A stretch of 64,000 nt of DNA from Deinococcales bacterium. Its GTDB lineage: Bacteria > Deinococcota > Deinococci > Deinococcales > JAAFIG01. Shown here in pieces: positions 1-8,658 of the stretch. Positions within the stretch are counted from its first letter, which is position 1; each line of letters opens with the position of its first letter. The notes beneath the pieces were generated by a model that searched no databases, had not been told where the DNA came from, and worked only from the letters and a program-made list of their open reading frames with translations. The stretch covers positions 1 through 64,000 of the forward strand of contig JAYWGM010000080.1 in the NCBI GenBank assembly GCA_043778225.1. The letters are read 5' to 3'. The position numbers and the translations under genes are program-made.

Positions 1-16
1 GCCCGATTGGCTTAAA

Positions 17-2691
17 CGGTTCACCCCCGCGTGTACGGGGAATACGCACTTATTATGTCTCTCTTTGTGCAATACTACCGGTTCACCCCCGCGTGTACGG
101 GGAATACATCGTCTTTAATTAGTCCCAATTCGCCAATTACGGTTCACCCCCGCGTGTACGGGGAATACACGCTTAGGGTGCTTTGCAGGTCGGGACATCG
201 CGGTTCACCCCCGCGTGTACGGGGAATACGGACTTACCGACCGCTAAAGCCGACCGTTACGACGGTTCACCCCCGCGTGTACGGGGAATACTCTTTGTAC
301 AGGCGGTACTCGAGGACATAGCGCGGTTCACCCCCGCGTGTACGGGGAATACTGAAGAGGAAATCCATTACTCGTTTTCACCCCCGGTTCACCCCCGCGT
401 GTACGGGGAATACTTGCCTCGGGGACAGTTGTAAATGATGCAGTGCGGTTCACCCCCGCGTGTACGGGGAATACGCTGGAGTCAACTTAAACACTGATGT
501 GATTGCGGTTCACCCCCGCGTGTACGGGGAATACGCTTCTCGAGCTTCATGCGTCAAAGCACGTACGGTTCACCCCCGCGTGTACGGGGAATACTCGGAC
601 CTGGGCTTCGGCTTGGACTTCGGCAGCGGTTCACCCCCGCGTGTACGGGGAATACTCGGGTGGTTGGTCTGATGCTGGCGATGGCATCGGTTCACCCCCG
701 CGTGTACGGGGAATACATTCCTGCTCGAGGACGGCGAGAGGGCTTAATCGGTTCACCCCCGCGTGTACGGGGAATACTCTTCTTCTGAAAGCATAGAACC
801 TCGGTTTAACGGTTCACCCCCGCGTGTACGGGGAATACACCAATCAAACCACTTTCCAACTCGAGGAAATCCGGTTCACCCCCGCGTGTACGGGGAATAC
901 GCAAGCTCGAGCGAAAGCGAGTAACTTGTGCCACGGTTCACCCCCGCGTGTACGGGGAATACGATTTGATTGACCAACCCGAGCAAACCCTTGGCGGTTC
1001 ACCCCCGCGTGTACGGGGAATACCCATCATGTTCACGAACTCGAGTTTATTGGTACGGTTCACCCCCGCGTGTACGGGGAATACACCAAATCGCCTTCGA
1101 TGCTTAACTCGGTAAACGGTTCACCCCCGCGTGTACGGGGAATACTTTACTTATTTATTTCCTTGAGTTCAATTCTGAGCGGTTCACCCCCGCGTGTACG
1201 GGGAATACGATATGGCTACGTTTTTAGGCAATTTGGAAATCGGTTCACCCCCGCGTGTACGGGGAATACGGCTGGCTCGAGCTATCGTTTGATGTTTACA
1301 ACCGGTTCACCCCCGCGTGTACGGGGAATACCCATCCTACCGCCTCAACCTTGGGGCGTTTTGCGGTTCACCCCCGCGTGTACGGGGAATACGCTTGGAA
1401 GCGTCAACACACTAACCCCAATTGGCGGTTCACCCCCGCGTGTACGGGGAATACGCCGCGACCCGCACACGAATGATGCCCTGCGCCGGTTCACCCCCGC
1501 GTGTACGGGGAATACGTCGTAGCGAACGGTAAATTTCAAGTGCCTTGTCGGTTCACCCCCGCGTGTACGGGGAATACTAAACCCTTAAAAACGCAAAAAG
1601 CCGCAAATGCGGTTCACCCCCGCGTGTACGGGGAATACGCTTTGGCAAGGTCAGCTTGCGCTTTCGCCAATTCGGTTCACCCCCGCGTGTACGGGGAATA
1701 CTTTTAACCTCAACTAGCAATCGGTCGTAACTACGGTTCACCCCCGCGTGTACGGGGAATACGCTCGCGCCAGCCACGCCTCGAGCATATGACCCGCGGT
1801 TCACCCCCGCGTGTACGGGGAATACATGGTGATACCACTTTTGCCGATGGCGAACTGGCGGTTCACCCCCGCGTGTACGGGGAATACGCATCACGCGATT
1901 TTATGGCACTGATGTTAGCCCGGTTCACCCCCGCGTGTACGGGGAATACATCTTTTTGTGTCTTTTTGTGTCTTTTTGTGTCGGTTCACCCCCGCGTGTA
2001 CGGGGAATACGTGGTTCGTTTTATTGGCGGTGCAATCAATGCCACGGTTCACCCCCGCGTGTACGGGGAATACGGCAATGTCCGACAGCCTCGCACATAT
2101 TTGGGTGCGGTTCACCCCCGCGTGTACGGGGAATACGAAGCCCTCGAGAAGCGCTATACCCCTGCTGGCGGTTCACCCCCGCGTGTACGGGGAATACGAG
2201 CCAAACGCCATGACTCATGCTGCACATCAACGGTTCACCCCCGCGTGTACGGGGAATACTATTGTTGGCAGCATTGGTTATCACGTCAGCCGCGGTTCAC
2301 CCCCGCGTGTACGGGGAATACAAAGAATTGACTAACTTTATACAACTTTGGTGCGGTTCACCCCCGCGTGTACGGGGAATACGTATTCATAATTTGGGCT
2401 TCCCGGGCCTTCTCCCCGGTTCACCCCCGCGTGTACGGGGAATACGGTAACGCAATACTACCAAATTCTATTCTATCGGTTCACCCCCGCGTGTACGGGG
2501 AATACGCCATAATCACCTCGAGAAGTTAAATTCATAAACGGTTCACCCCCGCGTGTACGGGGAATACGGGCGTACAGGGTATTGATAATCAAACGGTCCA
2601 TCGGTTCACCCCCGCGTGTACGGGGAATACGGGTTGCGGCACAACGGGAGGACGCGAAAAATCGGTTCACCCCCGCGTGTACGGGGAATAC
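17..2691 (-). CRISPR. Type I-E CRISPR array, 44 identical 29-bp repeats and 43 complete spacers; continues past the left window edge
   Basis: Repeat CGGTTCACCCCCGCGTGTACGGGGAATAC on + (GTATTCCCCGTACACGCGGGGGTGAACCG on -, I-E style with CCCCG/CGGGG hairpin); counted from 17 to 2663 with 60-63 bp period; adjacent to cas2. Confidence 0.99.
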
Positions 2692-2748
2692 AGATGACCA
2701 GCACGATAAAAACTACCATTTAACCCTAATTATGTCTAGGGTTACAAT
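2692..2748 (-). promoter_or_regulatory. CRISPR leader (short; probably extends into the cas2 3' end)
   Basis: AT-rich segment between cas2 stop and first repeat; contains inverted repeat TAACCCTA-N8-TAGGGTTA at 2721-2744. Confidence 0.7.
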
Positions 2749-3153
2749 TCAAATAGACTCGAGTTCAGAATTTTCAACTGTCAATGTACTCGCGGCGAGA
2801 TTACCTTCTAAATTGTGTATTCGCCGCAATTGCTTTTCTTGGCGTTCTGCTTTCTCTTGCATATAGTTTTCCCATGCGGCATTTTTTACTGCAATAAGGG
2901 TTAGACCCTCGAGGTTTAGAATACTGCGTTTACTGTCGCCGTGCATCCGAATCGCAAAGCCTTGTTCGTTGTTGGTGCGGTGTACCAGTATGCACCTACC
3001 ATTCTTGCCTTTTTCAATCACTTTCTCCCAAAGTAAATCGCGTACCAAGGCACTGACTGTTCCCACAAATACGCCCGTGGCAACCTCAAGCATCCAGCGT
3101 GTCAGTTCGCCGCGTAGTCCAACTGGTACTTTCTCGAGGATGATCGTGGTCAT
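2749..3153 (-). CDS. cas2: Type I-E Cas2 with ~40-aa C-terminal extension
   Basis: MTTIILEKVPVGLRGELTRWMLEVATGVFVG...NEQGF matches I-E Cas2; follows cas1. Confidence 0.95.
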   Translation of the reverse strand: MTTIILEKVPVGLRGELTRWMLEVATGVFVGTVSALVRDLLWEKVIEKGKNGRCILVHRTNNEQGFAIRMHGDSKRSILNLEGLTLIAVKNAAWENYMQEKAERQEKQLRRIHNLEGNLAASTLTVENSELESI

Positions 3154-4097
3154 TCTGGGGTCTCCTCGAGTTGGGAGTGGTTAATACCGCCTTCAACTTC
3201 ACCGTTGACATCCCAGATTGCGCCTGGTTTAGCCGAGTCGTTTTCAAATTCATCGGTCTCGAGACCATCGAATAAGCTGTGCAAGTCTTTGACTACCCGC
3301 TCGAGGAGTTTGCCAGTGCGGATGGTTTCGCGCAGGGCGTTGCGGGTTCGGGTTTCGACTTTCTGAGTATCTTCGGCGACCACGGCAAAGGCTGTGGGTA
3401 TCAGCATTTCGGCTTTGTACAAGTCGGCTACATCGTAGACAAAACTCAGTTGCTTGCCTGTATGAATAAATCCTAGGGCGGTACTGTACCCACTCGAGAC
3501 AATCGCGGCATGGCAGACTCCGTACAGGCTGGCACTGCCAGAGGATAAGGCTCGGTTGATCGGGTCTGAATCTGCCCAGTTGCCCCTATTGTAATTTCTG
3601 CCTTTCCATTCGATACCGTGTTCTAAACTGGCTTTGGCATAACTTTCTCGAACCCGTACCCCTTCGTGTCCGCGTAATTGCTCGAGCGTAATGTCAGTCG
3701 GGAGTTTTTCGGTAAAGCGCATTCGGTACATTCTTTTAACGACTTCCAAGTGGGTGGTGTCGTTCGCCCAGAGCCGAGCTTGTTTTAGGAGGTTGCGACT
3801 CGAGCGGGTCTCGCCTGTACCACTGGCATAAAAACGTTGGTGTTCCTCGCCGACCCAGTGAATACTGCAACCATTGCTGGCTAGGGCTTTAACGGCGGCA
3901 TGGGTGATACTCGTTCCGGGTCCGAGCATCAGCACACCAAGACTGGCGGCTGGAACACTGGTAAAACCATCTTCGTTTAGGACAGCAATGCTGTGTTGGT
4001 CTTGTTCAATTTTGGAATACTCGAGGTAAAGGTAAGACAAACCATCACGGAATTTTGGGAGTTCAGCGTAATTGATGCTACTTTTTACAGGTGGCAT
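3150..4097 (-). CDS. cas1: Type I-E Cas1
   Basis: LMLGPGTSITHAA, LRGHEGVRVR, LGFIHTGKQLSFVYDVADLYK motifs; start placed at ATG 4097 after GAAAGGAG. Confidence 0.97.
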   Translation of the reverse strand: MPPVKSSINYAELPKFRDGLSYLYLEYSKIEQDQHSIAVLNEDGFTSVPAASLGVLMLGPGTSITHAAVKALASNGCSIHWVGEEHQRFYASGTGETRSSRNLLKQARLWANDTTHLEVVKRMYRMRFTEKLPTDITLEQLRGHEGVRVRESYAKASLEHGIEWKGRNYNRGNWADSDPINRALSSGSASLYGVCHAAIVSSGYSTALGFIHTGKQLSFVYDVADLYKAEMLIPTAFAVVAEDTQKVETRTRNALRETIRTGKLLERVVKDLHSLFDGLETDEFENDSAKPGAIWDVNGEVEGGINHSQLEETPE

Positions 4098-4124
4098 GAT
4101 TTCTCCTTTCTCGAGCAATGAAAA

Positions 4125-4151
4125 GCCAGTGGGCAGGTTGCCCAGTCTGGC
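4125..4151 (-). terminator. Stem-loop between cas6e and cas1
   Basis: GCCAG-TGGGCA-ggt-TGCCCA-gt-CTGGC. Confidence 0.4.
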
Positions 4152-4165
4152 ACTAAAGGGTTTGA

Positions 4166-4732
4166 TTAACCGATGCTGAGAAGTCCTAGCCCAAGGGCTT
4201 TGCTATGCCCAATTCCTTTTTGCAAGGTGGTTTGGAACAGCTCAAGGTTGGTAATTTTTAGGTGTCCATCGAATTCGGCAACGGCTAAGGTGATGGGGTC
4301 GGAATTGGAATCTTTACGAACCTTCCAGCAATCGGAATGAGAAACCATTGCTCCTAGAAGCCCAAAGCCCCCGCAAAGGGCTTGGCGCTCGAGCCACGGC
4401 ATCTGAGTCTCGAGGGTGTACAGACCCCTGCGTTTGCCTGCTTGGGTGATGGTGGGATTGGTTCGCAGGCGAAAGCGGTAAGTGCGTTCGGTGGAAAGGG
4501 TGAATTCTAGGGGTTTAGATTCAGATGGACGCAACAAGTAATTTGGCTCGAGTTGACCCCAATCAGGGCGGGACTGGGTTTGAACCAGCAAAATCGTATC
4601 CTCGAGTCGCCACAAGTAATTCTTTTCAGGCTCGAGAATTCGGGATAAGGTTTGGTGCATTTTATACGGATTAGCAGCATCGGCTCGAGCCAAGCGCGAA
4701 CGGGGATTTAGGGTCAGGCGCGAGAAGTACAT
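4166..4732 (-). CDS. cas6e: Cas6e (Cse3) crRNA endoribonuclease
   Basis: MYFSRLTLNP, YKMHQTL, FRLRTNPT, C-terminal GIGHSKALGLGLL G-loop. Confidence 0.95.
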   Translation of the reverse strand: MYFSRLTLNPRSRLARADAANPYKMHQTLSRILEPEKNYLWRLEDTILLVQTQSRPDWGQLEPNYLLRPSESKPLEFTLSTERTYRFRLRTNPTITQAGKRRGLYTLETQMPWLERQALCGGFGLLGAMVSHSDCWKVRKDSNSDPITLAVAEFDGHLKITNLELFQTTLQKGIGHSKALGLGLLSIG

Positions 4733-5355
4733 TAAGCACCTCCTATTTGCACATAACGAGCAGCGTATTTTCGTTCGGCAAAACTCGAGATTGGTTGGTC
4801 ATAGCGTAAACTACCCGTTGCAACGGTTGACTCGAGAATAACACGTGTACCAATGGGTTCATCCGATTCGATCTTTGAGATGTTGGTTGGGTATTTAAGG
4901 GCTTCTTCGAGTGATTCTGGACGCAAACCATCAGGCAACCAAATCGGTAGGCTTGGCACAAAGGCTTTACGCCCAAGTGACAATGAAAAAACAGGATTTT
5001 GTAACGCAGTCTGAGCTTGCTCGAGTAAAGCTTGGTTTGTACCTTCGACTCCGACCAGAAAAGCCGCTTCTGCTAGGTAATGCCGCCATGTTTGCACCGT
5101 GCTTTTTTTGGCACCCATCTGAGCAGTTTGATAATCTGTAAAACGCCGACCAGATTTATCCACACGCACACCCATTCGTAAAGCCGCCAGTTCGAGGGTA
5201 CGAAGGCTATCTTCTCGAGGGATACCCAGTGCAGCACAGAGCAAACCAACCACACCACTTTTACTGGGTTCATTATCGGTATCGCGGTCATCGAATTGAC
5301 TGCGTGTTCCCCAGCTTTGCATTGGGGCTACAAAACGCATTAAAAGCGTAGGCAT
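4732..5355 (-). CDS. cas5: Cas5e
   Basis: MPTLLMRFVAPMQSWG...PSKSGVVGLLCAALG, LGRKAFVPS; start reset to ATG 5355, just after the cas7 stop. Confidence 0.95.
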   Translation of the reverse strand: MPTLLMRFVAPMQSWGTRSQFDDRDTDNEPSKSGVVGLLCAALGIPREDSLRTLELAALRMGVRVDKSGRRFTDYQTAQMGAKKSTVQTWRHYLAEAAFLVGVEGTNQALLEQAQTALQNPVFSLSLGRKAFVPSLPIWLPDGLRPESLEEALKYPTNISKIESDEPIGTRVILESTVATGSLRYDQPISSFAERKYAARYVQIGGA

Positions 5356-5357
5356 GG

Positions 5358-6554
5358 TTACGCCCCAAGTTTCTGCATGGCGTTTTCGACAGCAGTACGA
5401 ATCAGGTTCTCGAGTGATACTATTTCTGTACCGATTTCGGCTTGGTAATCTGTTCCATTCCATTGAACCGTATCGCCGCCTTGGGCGTAAAACGATTCGA
5501 GTTTTTGCCATTGTCCAGCAAATTGTTTCAAGCTGGCTTGGGTCAAATTAAGGTTGGTTTTACTGACCTCATCAAAATGCGGTTTGGCAGGTAGTTCAAA
5601 CGCATTGGCAAGGTTGCGCGGACTGGCATTTCCTCGAGCCGTAAAGGCAATAAAACTTGGTGGATTATGAGCAGCAAAGGTATTTTGTTTACCTGATGGT
5701 GCAGACAGTACAGCCGCCATCAAAAACGCCTCGAGTCCTTTTTTGACCAGTTCGGTATCGTTCTGCAAATTCTTTTGTAACTGCTCTAAGTCAATCACCA
5801 AGTACCGATAGTAACAAGCGCTATTAAATTCGACTGTGCCTAACATTCCAGCCCCTGCGTCAGCTTCGTCATTCTGGTTTTTAAGGTCATCCACAGCCGT
5901 AAAGAAATCAAATTCTCGTTCGACTTTATTGGTACTGATTGCATGAGCCACTTGGCAAGCCGCGTCTTGATTTTTGTTGGGCATATCCGCCAGCATTCGC
6001 CCAAACAAGGCTACATCTACAGCATCACCACCGTCGCCTCTGGAGTGCATGGCTTTTGCAAGGGCTTTTTTAACTTCATCAGGCACGGCATCTTTAGCAG
6101 CCTTCTTGGCTTCTTTGGCTTTTTTACCATCGCCTGATTCCGCAACAATGTTTGACAAGGCATCCCAGTTTTCATGGATAATCTGAGCAATTTTATCTAA
6201 TTCACTTGCACCCAGAAAAATTAGGTACTGGGTTTTACCATCCTCGAGTTTTAAGCCTAAACCTTGAATACCAGCTTGAATGGCAGCTTCGGCGGCACTG
6301 GTATCGCGTCCCAAATTAGCTAGACGTGTTGTCACAGCTTCAACCAGTAATTGAGTACGTTCACCAAGGTGCTTAGGCTCGAGCAAATGGTGTTCGCGGA
6401 CGTGGGTTCGCATGGCGCGTTTTAGGCTTTGGCTGCTGATTCTGGCACGGCGATAGCCACCAAAAAAAGCATCTTTAGGGCTGCCTGTATCATCACGGTT
6501 TAGGTTGCTAGGGGCAAAGTTTTGCAGAATATGAAGCTCGAGTAATGCTTTCAT
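5358..6554 (-). CDS. cas7: Cas7e (Cse4)
   Basis: [51 protein letters not shown]. Confidence 0.97.
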   Translation of the reverse strand: MKALLELHILQNFAPSNLNRDDTGSPKDAFFGGYRRARISSQSLKRAMRTHVREHHLLEPKHLGERTQLLVEAVTTRLANLGRDTSAAEAAIQAGIQGLGLKLEDGKTQYLIFLGASELDKIAQIIHENWDALSNIVAESGDGKKAKEAKKAAKDAVPDEVKKALAKAMHSRGDGGDAVDVALFGRMLADMPNKNQDAACQVAHAISTNKVEREFDFFTAVDDLKNQNDEADAGAGMLGTVEFNSACYYRYLVIDLEQLQKNLQNDTELVKKGLEAFLMAAVLSAPSGKQNTFAAHNPPSFIAFTARGNASPRNLANAFELPAKPHFDEVSKTNLNLTQASLKQFAGQWQKLESFYAQGGDTVQWNGTDYQAEIGTEIVSLENLIRTAVENAMQKLGA

Positions 6555-6556
6555 GG

Positions 6557-7090
6557 TTAATTCTCCTTGGGTGTTGCTGGGGTTTGGGAGGTGTCAGTAG
6601 CTGTGTTGATATGGCGATAAAACGATTTTGCCCATTTACGCTGTGTGGTTTTACTTTCGGCATTCCAGTATTTCAAGTCCTTGAGAAGTTCTACCCAATC
6701 AATCAGCGCAGTGTCTTTTAAGAGTGCAATCATTTGGCGCAAACGGTACTGCACTTGGTCTATATCAGCATCGAGCAGAGCAATAAACCGATCTTCAATA
6801 CTTTTGGACTTTTGCCGAGCTACAAATAATTCAGCCACGCTTAAACCCAAGTTTCGAGGCTCGAGATACGGCACGGGCTTATCTGGATTTGGACGTTCAA
6901 CCAAGGCAAATAATCCTGCCACCAAATAATACATATCGCTTTCAAAACGGCTTGAGGTGTGCATTGCAAAATTCTCGACAATCCGAAAAGCTGGTGCATG
7001 CGTTCCAGCCTCAAATGCCAAACTGCGGCGTAATTCGGCTAATTCGGCACGCTCGAGTTTCCAAAGTCGGTCTATTAGGGCTTGGCTCAT
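6557..7090 (-). CDS. cse2: Cas11e (Cse2/CasB)
   Basis: Small helical protein ([31 protein letters not shown]) located between cas8e and cas7. Confidence 0.9.
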   Translation of the reverse strand: MSQALIDRLWKLERAELAELRRSLAFEAGTHAPAFRIVENFAMHTSSRFESDMYYLVAGLFALVERPNPDKPVPYLEPRNLGLSVAELFVARQKSKSIEDRFIALLDADIDQVQYRLRQMIALLKDTALIDWVELLKDLKYWNAESKTTQRKWAKSFYRHINTATDTSQTPATPKEN

Positions 7091-8619
7091 GCTTTCTCCT
7101 TTTTCTTGGGTTCGTCCCCTCGGCGCAGCAACGCCTCGAGCATTCCCTTGGCACTTTCGGCGGCTCTGAGTGCCTTAGCTGTAAATCCTGCACTGATTTC
7201 GGCTTGCTTGAAAGCATCTTTAGCCATTTTCTCGGTGTTCAAAATCCAATCTTGCTCGAGTTGACCGCGCACCGCATCAAATTCGTCTGGATTAGCGGGT
7301 AGGCTTGCAAGAAAAACCGTAAAAGCCCGTTCTAAAGCCGTCCAATAGACAGCTTGATGCCCAAAGGTACTGGATAACTTACGGGTATCTTCGGGCAGTG
7401 GTTTACGCTCACCTGCTCCGATAATCTTCTCGGCAAGGGTTCGGGCAGCCGCTTCGAGATTACGCCCAATACGTTCAGTAATTTGGAGGATTCGTTCAAC
7501 AAAAGTTCGGATTTCATGGTCAGACAAAACCAATTCAGGCAGCACAAACGCCTCGGCTCGAGTCATTAGAACCTTGGCTTTATCATTGGCTTGGGCAAAA
7601 ACATAAACCCTAAGTTGACCTCGTTGCCCTAGTAACCTAAGAATTTCTCGGGCATTCTCGAGGGTTGCGATGGTGCTTGCGCCATCTGGTTTAGGCACAA
7701 GTGCATGAAAATCTCGCCATAAACCCTTACCTTGAAATAATCCTAATTTCCGAGGCTCACCTTTGGCATTTAGGTACGATGCCGCCATTGGTTCTTTAGT
7801 ACCATCACCGTCCAAACCAACACCCGCCGCGAACGCCATAAACCGTACAGCACCATCATCTTGTTCTAAGCGAATGGCTCGAGGCATCCAAGTGTAACGG
7901 TCTGTAATCCCGCGCATGGCGGCTTTGAAACCACCTTCGAGTTGCTTAAAGCGTACAGGGTCACGTTCCCAAATTGGTGAATCGATTTTTCGATCCATGG
8001 CTGGATAGATCACTAAATTTAGGGTTAGCGTCTCGAGTAAATTCTGACCTGCTGCCATGACCAAAGCAGTATTAGCACTTGGCGCAGAACCCATGGCAGT
8101 AACACCCAAACGTTTAACCAATCCACCAAGTGCAAACCCTTGATGCTCAAGCAAATGCAGCACCGCTTCGGCAGGAGTAATACCATCGGTAGCATTGGGG
8201 ACATTTTCACGAAGGCGTTCATTGAACAAAAATGTTGTATTACCACTGCCACGTTCGGTGGACAGTTTTGACCAGTGGTCGGTTAAACCCTCGAGTGGTA
8301 AGTCTGGCACTTGCATAAATGGTGTAGTCCCAAATAAATCAAAACGGTCATGCCATCTATCCAAGTACGCCCGAATTTTAGGTGCTGGAAACCCATCTAA
8401 AAACCATTGTGCTGCATCTTCTGGTCGGTCAGGACCTTCCAAAGCACGGTGCAAAACCGCCAGTAAAAATCGGTAAACAGCAACTGAAACAAGTGGATTT
8501 GAATGCTCAAGACGCTCAAATTGCTTTGCCTCGAGCAATGCTGTTTCGAGTGAAACCAGTTGTACTGTGTGACCAGTACGAACAGGAATCCAAGGCTCTG
8601 TACAAAGATTAAAACTCAA
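7087..8619 (-). CDS. cse1: Cas8e (Cse1/CasA)
   Basis: FNLCTEPWIPV, RFDLFGTTPFMQ, NLLETLTLNL motifs; AGGAGG RBS. Confidence 0.93.
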   Translation of the reverse strand: MSFNLCTEPWIPVRTGHTVQLVSLETALLEAKQFERLEHSNPLVSVAVYRFLLAVLHRALEGPDRPEDAAQWFLDGFPAPKIRAYLDRWHDRFDLFGTTPFMQVPDLPLEGLTDHWSKLSTERGSGNTTFLFNERLRENVPNATDGITPAEAVLHLLEHQGFALGGLVKRLGVTAMGSAPSANTALVMAAGQNLLETLTLNLVIYPAMDRKIDSPIWERDPVRFKQLEGGFKAAMRGITDRYTWMPRAIRLEQDDGAVRFMAFAAGVGLDGDGTKEPMAASYLNAKGEPRKLGLFQGKGLWRDFHALVPKPDGASTIATLENAREILRLLGQRGQLRVYVFAQANDKAKVLMTRAEAFVLPELVLSDHEIRTFVERILQITERIGRNLEAAARTLAEKIIGAGERKPLPEDTRKLSSTFGHQAVYWTALERAFTVFLASLPANPDEFDAVRGQLEQDWILNTEKMAKDAFKQAEISAGFTAKALRAAESAKGMLEALLRRGDEPKKKEKA

Positions 8620-8658
8620 TTTGCCCTCCTAGAATCTGCGAGAAGTCGAATTTGCCGA

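Noticed and set aside
46..2662. Self-targeting spacers
   Set aside because: No spacer match to this window noticed by eye; needs alignment to the whole genome
31..2866. Many ORFs with VHPRVYGEY / RFTPACTGNT / GSPPRVRGI repeats
   Set aside because: Translations of the CRISPR repeat, not genes
5356..5511. N-terminal 52 aa of the cas5 ORF call
   Set aside because: Overlaps cas7; Cas5 similarity begins at MPTLL (5355)
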